From: Adineta vaga
Lineage: Eukaryota > Animalia > Rotifera
DNA: 64,000 nt
Assembly: GCA_021613535.1 (NCBI GenBank)
Contig: CP075493.1
Coordinates: 7,254,001 to 7,318,000, forward strand
Reading direction: 5' to 3'
Shown here: piece by piece, positions 36,901 through 50,506 of the stretch
Position numbering within the stretch: the first letter of the stretch is position 1
Layout of the letters: each line of letters begins with the position of its first letter
Notes under the pieces: model-generated
Database searches by the model: none
Seen by the model: the letters and a program-made list of their open reading frames with translations, nothing else
What the model was told of the DNA's origin: nothing
Translations under genes and position numbers: made by a program

Positions 36901-39900
36901 TGTACTTTTTCTAATCGTTTTTGAATTTCTTCTTTTCTTTGTGCATTTTGAGCTTTAGCAAGATTACGTTTTTCAGTAGTTGCTAAAATGAAAGACAAAT
37001 GAGAAACTTTAGTTCGATGTTTTCATTCGTAATTGTGTTAGATCATTAATGAAATACAATAGAATTAATAGTAAGTACAAGAGGCAGAAGCAGTAGATTT
37101 TTTCATGATTGATTGAATCTTTAAATGAATGAGAACTTCCGTCTTTCACTTGCATGAAAAAATAACTGAAGTATTATTCTTTTTAATCAATCAAATGAAT
37201 GTCATGAAACTTATTGAATATATTAGTAAAGAAGATAGATTCTAGCAAAGCAATAGCTAACGAAAAAGTCATCTACAATTTCATTCACCTGCAGATGGTG
37301 TCTTCGTCGCGGTTTTTTCTAATAATATCAATAGATAAATAAGAAAAAAGAAAATATTTTAATAGAAAATAATTACCAGATGTATTAGGTTGTTTGCGTG
37401 GTTTGCGTTTAATAACTTGATTTACATATGCTTCTAATTCACGTAATGTCGATGGTTGAAGCATTTCAAAATCGATTTCCATTTCATCCGGACTTGAATC
37501 ACGTAGAGATGGTTCTCGACGATGAATAATCTTTAAATAAAGAAAAGGAAGAAATAAGATTTTATCTTCAAAATAAACTGGTATCATTTCTTTGATTTCA
37601 AACAAACCTCGACAACGGGACCAAGTTTTTCACTCGGTAAATTATTAATATCAAGGCTTAATTGACGTTTTTCTTCATACGTCATTGGTTTTGGATTATC
37701 TTCATTTTCAATCTCAAATGTCGACATTGTTGATTGAACAGTCGAATTCGATTGTATTGCTGCTGCTGGTGTTACTGCTGGTGTTGCTGTTGCTGGCGCA
37801 GGCGCTTTCTTTGGTGCTCTAAATAGACCATCGAACAATTAGTATTTTACATCATTTTAATCTTATCTATGACTTACCGTTTTGGTCCAGTACTACTTCC
37901 ACCAGTGGCACGACTACCTTTACCAGATCCACGACCAGCTAGACCAGCACTAATACCCGTCATAGGTGTTGTATTTTTCGTTGCTTGTGGTTTTGGAGTA
38001 TTTGTATCATTTAGAAGATATTGACCCGGATGGACATTACTAAATTGACTTGTGCCATTCGAAGCCGTAAGAGCACCACTTGTTGGATATCCACCAGATG
38101 ATGTTGGCGTAAGTAAACCAGCAAGAGTTGAACTTGCTGTTTTCTTCGAAGCAGTTGGTAAATGAGAATTCTTTGTTGCAGTTGGTAGCATATTTGAATG
38201 TGTACTGGAAAAGGCATTTGGTGGTAGTAATGAAGGATTTGTTGAGGATAACGAAGACAATCGATTTGGATCATTAAATGTACTTGACATAGGTGTATTT
38301 AAGTTCGATAAAGTTGGCATTTGTCGAGGACCACGAGGTTTCGTTTTATTTCGTTTAACTTTATGTTTAGGTTTACGACGTATTGCAAGACGATCATTTT
38401 CTCGTTGAATTAATTGATTTATTGTATCACCAAAATGTTTCAACTGTAAATAGAAAAGAAATTATTGAAATTCTCCGAATAAAGATGAAAATTTACTTGA
38501 TCTTGAAGAGTACGTAATTGTCGTAAAGTATTTTCGTCCGTAGTTTGCATATCATCACCTGAACTTTCATCACTCGAACCGCCTTCATCCGAACTTGTTA
38601 TCATCGATGATTGTGTACCGACGATACTTGTATTTGTAAAATTTTTCGATGATTTACGATTGCGTTGTCGTGCTGGAGTAGGTATTGGACCATTATTGCG
38701 TACAGCACTAGTCGATGACAATGGATCAATCTCCATATTTGTTATTGGTGGTTCATCGGGTAATTTAGCATATTTATTTTCAAATATTTGCTAGAAAGAA
38801 CAGAGAATATTTATGTGATTCATCTACGAATGCATCGCAATTGACAAATTTCATTCCCTAGTTCGCAATACAATATTCAGTTTTCTTAACTATACTAATC
38901 AATCTGTCGAATGATTGTTTGACGATAAATTCATATAATTGAAAACTTACTTCGACTTTTTTACACATTGCTACGACATCTGTTGTTGGTGCATTGTAAA
39001 GATAACAGTTGCTAAATACAAGTCTAACATCAGTAGCAAATTCATCTGGTGTTGCATATTCACGATTTTCAAGTTTTTTCTTGAGAAATAAAACAAAATC
39101 AAATAAAAGATTTTAGAAGGAAAATCAATCATACTTTCACTGTTCCAAGATCCATTGGTTTCTTAATAATTTGATAATAATCTGATAAATGGAGATTTTC
39201 CACATCAACAGGTTTAGCAAATGGCCAAACAAAAGACTTTACAAATAAAAAGATTCATTTTAAAAATCTTCTTGATTTATCTCAATTATATTTACCAAAT
39301 TTTTCTTATGTAATAAATCTTTTATAATACTGAGACAATATTTTAACTGTTCCGTCATACGATTTTTCGATCGTTTTGATGATGGCTAAAATGAATTAAA
39401 GTATATTTTCCAAATGAACGACATCTTAAATGCAATTCATACATCGTTTGAATCAATGGAAAAACTACTATCATATTTCGTTCTTTTGAATGGTCCACTA
39501 ACACTATTCGTTCGGCGTGTTGCACTATCACGTCGAGCCGTAATTTTATTTGATTCATTATTTGCTGGATCATCTGTCATATCACCTTTCCGTTTTGTAC
39601 TCTGAATTGAATAGAATGAAATATCAAATAAAATATCAGAAAAATGATTTCTAATTTCTTACAGATGATGATGTATCGAGACTTGTTTCTGTGGTAGCTT
39701 TTGGTGTTGTTAACGGATTTGTACGTGTTGCAGTATTGGGCATCGATTGAGATGTTAATGGTGGAGACATAGATTGTCCACTGTGATCAATATGATTTGA
39801 ATTTACATGGGAAGGAGAAGGTGGTGACGTAACACCGCTAGGATTTGTTGCTGATGATGAACGATGTCGCGATGAAGCATTCATGCCACTTGAATGGGAA

Positions 39901-41205
39901 GTATTAGCAGCAGCAGCACGAGTTGCTATCGATGGAGTTGATGGAGATGCTACTACAAAACAACAATTTCATTTTCGAGTTTACACAATCAACTGAAACA
40001 ATAGAATATTAGTCATCAGACTCTTGCACAATACTAGTTAGTTATTGCTCAATACATTTGATTCGTTTAATCTCGAATCTTATAACTTCAAATAGCAGTT
40101 TATAATATAAAAGAAAACAACAATACTATAAATGTTATTAGATAATCATGAAAAACTATGTTTAAGATACAGAGGAAAATGCATAGTCAGTCTGACATCA
40201 ACAATTTTATGAGTCATATTCTTTTCTCATATCGATCAAAACATAGTAGACTCGTCAGACGAAAAAACTCAATGTGTACGGCATCAATCATTCATTGAAA
40301 CTTCTTCTACGTCATAGATCTGAAACTGACTCATCGTTTATGATAATGATTGAGTGTGAATATGATACTATGATTCATACAAAAAGACAAAACTGAATGG
40401 GAAATTTTTTTGTTTCAAGGAAAAGAAAATACCCAATTGATTTACATACATGGAGAGTTTAAACTTTCACTTGGTGTTGATGGTGAGATAACTGAAACTG
40501 ATAAATTTCCAGTTCCTAAACCTTTCGACGCCGTTGTTTTCGACGAATGAGGTATAATTTCAATTTCCTATTTATATAAAATTTATTCATAGATAAATCT
40601 TATTTTCATTTCTTGATGAAATCATATCTTACATCTGACGGCATTTCAGCTAATTTTTCATAGAAAACTTGTTCAAGCGTCGCTCCCATAATAACAACAT
40701 CCTGATAGTAAATAAAGAAAATAGAATCATCAATAGAATTCCATATCGTGTAATTTACTTCGCCTGGTTTATTATATAAATAACAATCGGTAAACATCAT
40801 ATTTAAATCAGTTATACATTCTTTTGCGCTATAATAATAATTTGTTTCTAAACGTTTTTTAATCGTACCAAGATCCATAGGATATTTGACAATTTTGTGA
40901 TAATCCTATAGAAACAAAAAAGAATTAATAAATCATACAAATGAAGATATAATTTTCATTTCAATATATACAGGTAAATTTAATTTGTTAGCATTAACTG
41001 GTTTTTGAAAAGGCCATGAAAATTCATGTTTCCATAAAGTTTTAAATAAAACTTTTAACATAAATTGTAACTGATTGGTTTGTCGACCACGTTTTGAAGC
41101 TGGAATATGTGGTAATTTCATTGAATTAGTTGTTGTTGTTGTCTATAGATATGATGAAACAAAATCGTTTTAGAAAACAAGGAATTAAGATTTAATCACC
41201 TTCAT
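33974..41205 (-). CDS. BRD4: BET-family bromodomain protein (BRD2/3/4, fs(1)h-like), long isoform
   Basis: BD1 ([36 protein letters not shown]), BD2 ([15 protein letters not shown]), ET domain ([34 protein letters not shown]), Ser/Asp-rich tail, and C-terminal motif [14 protein letters not shown]; first coding exon is ATG AAG at 41205-41200. Confidence 0.94.
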
Positions 41206-42324
41206 GATCAATGATATCGATATATATATATATATATATTTATATACGCGTGAAATAATTAATTTTCAATGAAAAAAATTAATGAATGATGAGCCGATAA
41301 GAATAAACGAGAATTGTCTGGCTTCATCTAAAACAATCTATTAACTATTTTAATTTATTCGATTGTTTGATTTCATTAATTAAACTTGATGAAATAATGA
41401 ATGACAGATATTAGTATTATAGACATTATTCAGTTCAGTGAGGAAAAAAATCAACAAAATGTCCGAAACAAAGAACGATCGCCCTCTTGTTTCCTTTGTT
41501 TATGTGCCTTCATAAGCATATTAGTGTGCTAAAGTGCATTGATGTGTTAATTATAGATATTTCATCTTTCATTCATGTACAGAACGCAAAGAAAAGAGGC
41601 AAAATGAAGCGTACGGAGAGAGAGAGAGAGAAAGGATAGAAAGAAAGACGGAATTTTCCTCGTTCTTTCTTACTCGTACGTATTGAATTAAATTATGAAT
41701 TGAAAGCAAATCATGGCCCATTGCCAATATTGAGTAAATATACGAATAGATGTAGATGTCGCAGACATATTTTACCATATTTCTACATATTCACACTGAA
41801 TAAATTGAAGATGAACAAAGAAAACAGTTTCACTATTTTTGATTCAACTAAAGATCATTTACGAAATGACAAAGATTCGATAAAAAAAACTACGAATAAT
41901 AATCTCAAATATTATTCATGGACGAATTATAAAAGAAGCTTTTGTATTGTATTATCGAAAATACATTTCGACAGTTAGTTTTATTACTAGCTTAGAAATA
42001 TGGATTTACAGTTTTAACTCGTTGTATTCAAAATACCTACTTATATCCTATAAACGTTTCATTAGCAATCGTATTTCAATCGATATATTTTATTCGTTAT
42101 GTACACACATGAATATATATAATGTTATCTTAGTAGAGTTGATCGTCAGGTCAAAACATTCGTCCATTTGACGATGATGCCAAATACGAATAATATATGA
42201 TAAAAAAAGAGATATAGAACGCAAGAGAGATAACATATCTTTCTTTTCTGCTATTTTTCCCCCTTCAGTACCTATATAATACATACCATATCTTGTTTTA
42301 TTCTTCATCAAGATAATTAAACAT

Positions 42325-43470
42325 ATGACTACTCCATATTTTGCCATTACTGGTGGTTGTGGATATATTGGTTTGCGGCTTGCTCATTATTTACTTGATA
42401 TAGATCAATCGAATATTGTAATTCTACTTGATATTCATCCTCCTATTAATGATGAAATAGAATTTAATTTGAATTTGCATCGTCTAGTCTATCGTTATTG
42501 CGATTTACGTTCACCGAAATCCGTCATGGAAGCTTTATCTGATGCAACATGTGTATTTCATCTCGCTAGTTATGGAATGTCCGGACGAGAAATGTTGAAT
42601 ACTACAATGATTTATAATGTAAACGTAACTGGTACTGAAAATGTAATAGAAGCATGTCTTAAATATGGTATTCGTAAACTTATTTATTGCTCTACTTATA
42701 ATGCTGTATATACAGGAAAAAAAGAATTAATCGGTGTAACGGAAGATCAATGTTCCTATCCTTCATCAGATGATTATTATGATAATTATAGTCGAACGAA
42801 ATCATTAGCTGAACAAATGATTTTAAAACATTCGACATCTAAACTTCATACAGTGGCAATTCGACCAGCAGCTATTTATGGTGATGGTGAACTTCGACAT
42901 ATCCCACGAATATTAGATTTAGTACGTCAAGGTTTAGCATTTTTTGCTGTTGGCCACGAAAATATTCTATGTGATTGGGTTTATACCGATAATTTAGTAT
43001 ATGCTTTAGTATTAGCAGAAAAGTCTTTGCCAAAACATTCGGGTGAAGCTTATTTCATTTCGGATGATTGTCCTGTGAATAACTTTCATTTTTTAGCTCA
43101 ATTAACCAAAGGTTTAGGTTATGAAAATTGTTTTACATTTTATATTCCAACTGTAATCATGTTTTATCTTGGTTATATAATTGAATTGATACATAATTTA
43201 GTTGCTAAACATATTTATAATTTTGCACCGTTTCTAACTCGTGCTGAAGTATTAAAAGTTGGTGTAACACATTACGCAAATATAACAAAAGCAAAGAAAT
43301 TACTAAACTATCAAGTCAAAGTTAATCCAGATGAAGCAATGCAACGATGTATTAATTGGTTTGATAAACATGGCTATCGAAATCGAAAGAGTCAAAACTA
43401 TTCTCGAACATTACTCATTGTTAGTTTAGTCATATGGATAGTTTTTGTTTTTTATCAACTATTCAGATGA
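42325..43470 (+). CDS. SDR42E1: Extended SDR, 3-beta-hydroxysteroid dehydrogenase family (SDR42E1-like), intronless
   Basis: ITGGCGYIG, VFHLASYGMSGRE (characteristic of SDR42E), YSRTK catalytic motif, RPAAIYG, LTRAEVLKVGVTHY, C-terminal TM helix. Confidence 0.92.
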   Translation: MTTPYFAITGGCGYIGLRLAHYLLDIDQSNIVILLDIHPPINDEIEFNLNLHRLVYRYCDLRSPKSVMEALSDATCVFHLASYGMSGREMLNTTMIYNVNVTGTENVIEACLKYGIRKLIYCSTYNAVYTGKKELIGVTEDQCSYPSSDDYYDNYSRTKSLAEQMILKHSTSKLHTVAIRPAAIYGDGELRHIPRILDLVRQGLAFFAVGHENILCDWVYTDNLVYALVLAEKSLPKHSGEAYFISDDCPVNNFHFLAQLTKGLGYENCFTFYIPTVIMFYLGYIIELIHNLVAKHIYNFAPFLTRAEVLKVGVTHYANITKAKKLLNYQVKVNPDEAMQRCINWFDKHGYRNRKSQNYSRTLLIVSLVIWIVFVFYQLFR

Positions 43471-43852
43471 ATATTTTGTAATAACTTAATTGATAATAGA
43501 ATAGACTAAATTTATATTCGATTAGTTTTATCATCTGTTGGTATTGTATGTTTTACATATATTGAATTGAAGAAGAATAAACGCACTCTGATATTATGAT
43601 TGGTGTAGATTATTAACAAATCGAATTACTTTGTGACTACTTACTTAGTTTTTTTCCTTCGAAATTAATTTCCTCTTCTGTCTTGAATCTTGAATGTTAT
43701 ATTCGTCAGAGATAACTATAACATGGAAAAATAGAACGTCGATTGTGAAATTATGACAATGTTCTCTTGAGTTCGATTGATTGTTACTATTATGTTTTCT
43801 TTTACAAGGTTGTCGTTTTTATTTATTTTTTTAAGATAGAAAACCTTTTTCA

Positions 43853-46800
43853 ATGTCGACTTCTATGGTCGACGAACCTCTTTCTGAATCTTATGATTTT
43901 TGTGATGCAAGTAATAAAATTATTGTTACACTCTATGCCAATGGAGCATTTGAAGTAAAAGATATTGATGCTTCAATTGATACAGATTCATTAGATATTC
44001 GAACACCAGGTAAATAATAAACATTGAATCAATTGAATTAATTATTAGTTTTCTAGCTAATGAATTATGGATATTTCGTTTATATGAACATATTTATTCT
44101 GATCAAGTTGAAATTGAAACAACAATCAATAGTGCACGAACACAAACATCGATTGAAATTCATTTATTTAAACAACAACCAAGAACGGTTTGGCCACAAT
44201 TGTATAGTTTTGATTCCCATCCAATAACACCTCAACGTGATGGACAATTTAGTGAGTGTCAAGATATGGACATGATCGATCAACAATATTATGAATTATC
44301 AACTAAAAAGATTAGAAATGATTTTCATGAAACGACTGAAGTATTCACTGCATATTTTTATGTGAAACAAGTTCGTGATTGTCAAATACATTTTACAGAA
44401 ACGAATTTCACTGCTAATTTTTATACCAAGTAAACATATGAACTTTAATTGTTTTATGATTTCATCTTGTCCTTTCAGTGATGAAACATTTCTAACGAAT
44501 CATTCAGTAACAGCTGATCGATTAATTAAATTATTTGTTCGTGTCAAAGAACGTATTGTTTCAAATAAATGTTCATTTAAAGTAACATCAACATTTATTG
44601 AAATCATTCTTGTAAAAGAACATCCACATGGCACAAAATGGTCTCGATTAGAGCCAAGTGAATATTCTGAATCTCGTTCATTGACACAACAGACATCACC
44701 AACGACACCACCATCATCACCTGTTTCTTCATCGTCAACAGTAATACAGTCAACAACAATTAATTCAAGTAAAGGTAAGTTCATATATTGAGAACTATAT
44801 CGTTAGAAATATACTCGTCTCTTTAGCTATTCCTTTACCACCACCACCACCACCTCCACCACCCACATCGTCATCTACAACTCGACCGGTCAGTTTTATA
44901 TCTTGAATTGTAACTATATATATTATTAAAGAAAAAAAAACATTCTAGTCAGATAAATATCCATCAGCATTGGCATTCGCTTCGTCAATTCAACAAAAAA
45001 ATCCATCTATACCATCGACAATTTCTACGTCTGCATCATTGGGTTTTACTGGAATTCATAATCCAGCTAATTCATGTTTTATGAACGCTGCTGTCCAATG
45101 TTTATCAAATACACGTGAACTACGCGATTATTTTCTTGGTAAAAAATCATATTCTTTATTTCTTTCTTTTAAAAATATGTTCGATATGATTATATCTATT
45201 AGAATCAAATTATTTCTCCGAAATCAATCGAACCAATCCACTTGGAATGAAAGGTGCCATGGCTGAAGAGTTTGGTGTTTTAATCAAAAGTTTATGGGAT
45301 GGAAAACATAGTTGGACATATGTAATCGATTACGAGTTTGTTTTTGCTTAAAATTTGTCTCTCCTTTGCAAACAAAAACGTGTTCTTCTAGGGTTTAGCT
45401 TCTAAGAGACATCAAGAATTTGTTGGTAATGGACAACATGATGCACAAGAATTATTAAATATTCTATTAGATGCGATACATGAAGTAGAACATATAAACT
45501 CAGAGAGATTTATTTTACGAAAAGAAAATTTTCTTTCATTATTATAGGATCTTAATCGAGTCAAAACTAAACCTCAAGTACCACCCGTAGAAGATCAAGG
45601 TCGACCTGATCATGTGAGAAGAGACTTGATCATATTCAATGAATAAAAAAGATTATTTCAACTAGGTTGTTGCTGATGAATATTGGCAAGGTTATTTGAG
45701 TCGAAATGATTCGATTATTGTTCAATTGTTTACAGGTCAATTTAAATCAAAAACAAAATGTCCACAATGTCAGAAAGTACGATTAAAAAAACTCAACGAA
45801 ACAACATTTTACAGATCATTTTCGTTTAGGAATCAGTTACTTTTGATCCATTTACCACACTTTCTGTACCATTACCAAAACGAATAGCTATTGATACGAT
45901 TGTTACCTACCGAAGTGATGAAAAACCACCAACGAAAGTAAAATATTTCTATTCAATAGATTTGAAAATAAAAGACGAGATAAATTTCATTTAGTATCGT
46001 ATTATTATGTCAGCCGATGGAACTATTCATGTTTAAACGATTGTTATCGGCAAAATGTGGTTTACCAACGAATAAAGTTAGTTTCATAATTTTTTTATAT
46101 AATAAATTCGAAGTATTATTTGTTGAAATATTAGATGATAGCATTTAAAATTCGCGGAAATCGAAATGTTGAACATCTGAAAGATGGTGATCGACCGACA
46201 TCTACTGGTTACTCATGCAATAATAATAGTGATATTATTCATATGTAAGTCCTTTCAACAATGTTAGATTGTTCATAATTTGTTTCGAAAAATTTTTATT
46301 CTATTATCTTCGGGATTTTTTAGAACAGAAACTTTAACAAGTGCTGAATGCAATAATGAATCCATCATACATTTAACGTTTACGCAACGTATTTTCAAAT
46401 TATCAGATTATGTTTCACCATGCAGTTATTGTCAAATACCACCTAATCCACATAGCCATTCAAGATTTTGTCAAAACTGTTATCAAGTTTCCTATTGTGA
46501 TGAGTAAGTTGATATCTCTCCTGAAATATTTACTATTATTTAACTCATTCAATAGAACATGTCAAAAACTTCATGCTACAGAGCATAAAAACTATTGTGG
46601 ATTTCGATTATCTGATAATTATGAAGCAATTGGTATTCCATTTATAATTTCATTACCAGAATCAAAATTAACATGTGAAAATGTTTTCGAACAGATTAGC
46701 ATTTATGCAAAGTACTAGACTATATTTTCTGAAGAAAGTTGTTTTGAATTCATTTCTTTTTATTAGACGAAGTGTTGATATTCATATTGAACGTACAAGA

Positions 46801-48292
46801 CAATCAAGACGAATGAATGATGATTATGATCGTATCAATAGTGATTTAGATAATGAAGAAGACAGGTAAGTTAAAAACACATATTAATCGTTGTAGATAT
46901 TGTGATGTGATTATAAGTTCTCTCTTGACTTATTTTAGTTTCAGCGATATTGAAAATGTTGATTGGCCAACAATAAAAAATACACTTGCCTCATCTGATT
47001 CTTGGTCTATATGTCGTCTAGGTGATTATTTTGTTAAAACGGGAAAAAATAAACGTCGTCGTCGTCATGATCATGATGAAAATACCAATCGAAAAGGCAA
47101 ACTAGCTAAAAATGATTTGACAATAATATCAAATAGTGATAGTAATAGTAGTACAGAAGAATTCGATATGCTTGATGATATCTATGGAAATCAACCATTA
47201 TTTCGTCTCATGCCACAAACAACAAATAGTTCAATAAATAATAATATGATTCAACCAATTATTGAACCAGGTAAATCTTGAATCGTTGAATAGAAGAAAC
47301 AATCAACTAGTCAAACATTTCTGTTATTGAATAGGAAGTGATGCCGATAAAATTTTACGTCATCATCTAACATTTTCAATTGATTGGTTTACAGATAATA
47401 AAGGCGAAGCACCATTACGTGTTATACCATCAAAAAATCGTCATGGTATCAATGGTCTTATTGAAGATAGTAGTGTTCTTGATTCAACAGCTGGTGGTAT
47501 GAAGCATTTTTCTTTTGAATTGAATCATGATTGTTCATCTTTGTATTCATCTAGATCAAGAAATAACTCTTCAACAATGTCTGCAAATGTTTATTGAGCC
47601 AGAAGTTTTAGGACCTGATGATAAATGGTATTGTCCACAGTGTAAAGAACACATGCAAGCTGAAAAGAGAATGTCAGTCTGGCGTTTACCACCAATCTTG
47701 ATTATTCAATTGAAACGATTTAAATATTATCATGGAGCATCATATGGATATCTATCAGATTCAAGAGTTAAAATCGATACGAATATTAAATTTCCCGTAC
47801 AGTATGTAGTTTAAAGAAGAAAAATCGATTCTTTTTTTATCTGGAAATGATTTTTTTCAGTGATTTGAATATGGGACCATTTTGTTCATCGACAACGGAA
47901 TCTTCTCAATCTTATTATGATCTTTATGGAGTTGTAAATCATCGTGGTAGTGCTTGGTTTGGACATTATACGTCTTTTGCAAGACTTCTCTCGCCTAATG
48001 ATTCAGCTAAGACTGAAATTGGTAAGAAAAAATTGCTCATTATTTAAAATTTTCATTTTTCTTTTCAGGTTGGAGAAATTTCGATGATGAACATGTCTCA
48101 GCTTTATCCTACGATAAAGATCTTGTTCGATCTGATGCATACGTTCTTTTTTATCGTCATCGTCATCTCCCAGTTAATTTTGTTACGAACGAAAGTACCT
48201 CATTATCATCATCTGCATCGATGGATATCTACGAAGATGCTATATCGATGGACTCAACGGAAATGAAAGATATACAAGATTTTCTAAAATAA
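43853..48292 (+). CDS. USP19: Ubiquitin-specific protease USP19-like (2 CS domains, USP, MYND finger); apparent frameshift near 46030
   Basis: Two CS-like domains, Cys box GFTGIHNPANSCFMN, QHDAQE, HEDLNRV, MYND CSYC...CQNCYQVSYCDETCQ..H..EHK.YC, WYCPQCK, LPPILIIQLKRF, His box HRGSAWFGHY, WRNFDD. Confidence 0.88.
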
Positions 48293-48403
48293 AAAGTCGA
48301 AACAAAACTTCCTAGTACAATTAATCAAGACCTTTTGATTATTTAATAACAAATGGTTCATATAAGAGTGTGATTCTCTTTTTCTTTTGTACGAAAACAT
48401 CCC

Positions 48404-48422
48404 GTGTGTGTGTGTGTGTGTG
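48404..48422. repeat. (GT)n microsatellite
   Basis: About 9 GT units downstream of the USP19 stop. Confidence 0.9.
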
Positions 48423-49164
48423 CGTATATTTTTCTTCTGTTTTTTTTATTATTATTTTCGCATAAGAAGAAAACGATTGTAAAATGAAATTGAAACTGTA
48501 CTAGTGTATATCAAAGTATATTTATCAGAAACAACGATGAGTGAAAGACAAAACTGTTTATATTACAAGATATTTAGAATAAAATAATCTTATTACTAAT
48601 TGTGAAAATTTGTTATGTCTCAAAATAGAACTCAGAGAATAGCATTAGCTTTCAATCAGATCTCTATTAATGTGATGAATCGGTTGAGATTAAATTTACA
48701 ATGTTGAATGAATATTGGTGTAGTAACATAGTGACTAATTTCTTTCACATTATTCATTTTCTTCTCGCCCCATTTGAATGATTCAAGCAATATGTCGAAA
48801 TCTGGAATATGTGAATGAATCGATTGAAAGTCGTCTCTTCGACTTCTGCTTTTCGATATCATTGTATTAACAAATGACAGGCTCGATACCTACACAAATT
48901 TTCAAGATATAAATAAAGTAAGAAAGAAAAAAACTTGCGGCATGCCAGTGTATATGTGCTTCGTACCTAAAAAAAACTCATGAAGGACTGCATATATGCT
49001 TTGCTTCGTATTGCATTACTTATTTTCTCATTACTGTCATTAATTCGTTCTTTACATATTCGAATAACATATACATATATATATATATATATATATATTC
49101 ATACAATGTATTTGCAACAAAGAGAGTTTTTTTCTTGAGAATCGACTTAAAATATCAAAAGAAC

Positions 49165-50438
49165 ATGTCGCATCGTCATAGTAGATCATGGACATCTGCG
49201 AATCAACAAAGAGTTGATATTCCTATTCAACGAGTATCGAATAATATTGATTCTCGATACATTCCACCGTATCAAATCAATTCGATTCCTACTAAAGATA
49301 CAACAGCACAATGGATTTACGATTCGGCAACTGGTCGAGAAAAATTTCGTATAAAAATTAATATTGAAGGATTTCATAAAAATGACGTAATTATATTCTT
49401 TATCTTTGACTTACTCATCCTAAATCTACCTGTTGATTTCATAGATTCATGCTCGTGTTGAGGAAAATAAACTTTGTATCTATGGTGAACGTATAGAAAA
49501 TAAAAGTCAGGTAAGAAAAAATTAATTGAATAGAAATATTGTAAATTACATTCTTTTATTCAGGGTACATCAAAGAAAATCATAGAAAAATCCTACAATT
49601 TACCATCTGATGCTGATAAATCAAAGTAAAATTTGTTTCATTTATCTTTTTCATATGTATGTTCTATTTTAGTCCATCTATAACTTATCCATCAACTTCA
49701 ATGATGCAAGTTGATTTTCCAGCCAAGTATTCATCACGAAAGACATCCGTCCATGCACGTGATCATTCTGCTGACATCGAAAGTTTTCATGAAAATCGAA
49801 CAGATACAATTCCAATTCAACGAATATCTATCAATTCAAGAAATTCAACACATACTCCTGTAGTTTCAAACGATCAAGCTTATAAATTTCATCAATCCAT
49901 TGGCAATTCAAAAGCCAATAAAACTTTACCAGCTTATAAACAAGTCATTCATAATATTCATCGACGACGTCCAACACCAACGGTAGGTTTACAACCCACG
50001 TATAATGGTGATGTCCAACGTTCAATGAGACCCACACTTTCGAACATTATCGAAGAAGAATCAACAAAATCATCGTCATCGTCTTCTTCCGATACAGACA
50101 GTACTCTCAGTAACCGTTCGACTTCATATTTTCCTCGAGATTTCAACTCAGAAATCTTCTACGAAAGTGTGTTTCAACCTGAAATCTTTACTGACGATCG
50201 CCGTCAACGCTATATTGAAATGCGACTTGATGTTCAAGATTATAAACAAGATGACCTGAAAGTTTCAATTAATGATAACGATCTCATTGTTCAGAGTAAA
50301 AATACAAATTTTTACAAACAAATAACTTTACCATCGAATGCTGATCTATCAAGTTTATCAACACATTATCATCATGATAAAAAACTCTATATCACAGTGA
50401 AATTACTCAATGCAGATTCATCATTTCGATACATTTGA
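49165..50438 (+). CDS. Small heat-shock protein with two alpha-crystallin domains
   Basis: ACD1: KFRIKINIEGFHKNDIHARVEENKLCIYGER...KSYNLPSDAD; ACD2: MRLDVQDYKQDDLKVSINDNDLIV...FYKQITLPSNAD; IPI motifs; three short introns. Confidence 0.85.
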
Positions 50439-50506
50439 ATACTTTGATATATTTCTTTTTCTTTTGCAAACTTGAAATAAACTTTTTGGCGCAAAATCAT
50501 TGATTG

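Noticed and set aside
42325-43470. Intronless SDR as a horizontal transfer or retrocopy
   Set aside because: Motifs match the eukaryotic SDR42E1 group and no retroposition hallmarks are visible; lack of introns alone is insufficient.
43471-43853. SDR42E1-USP19 as another operon
   Set aside because: About 250 bp lie between the AATAAA (43576) and the acceptor (43835), enough for a promoter and cis donors; evidence too weak.
50485-50492. E2F-like TTTGGCGC sites (also ~21250 and ~32673)
   Set aside because: Short motifs next to genes with no cell-cycle link; unsupported without conservation data.
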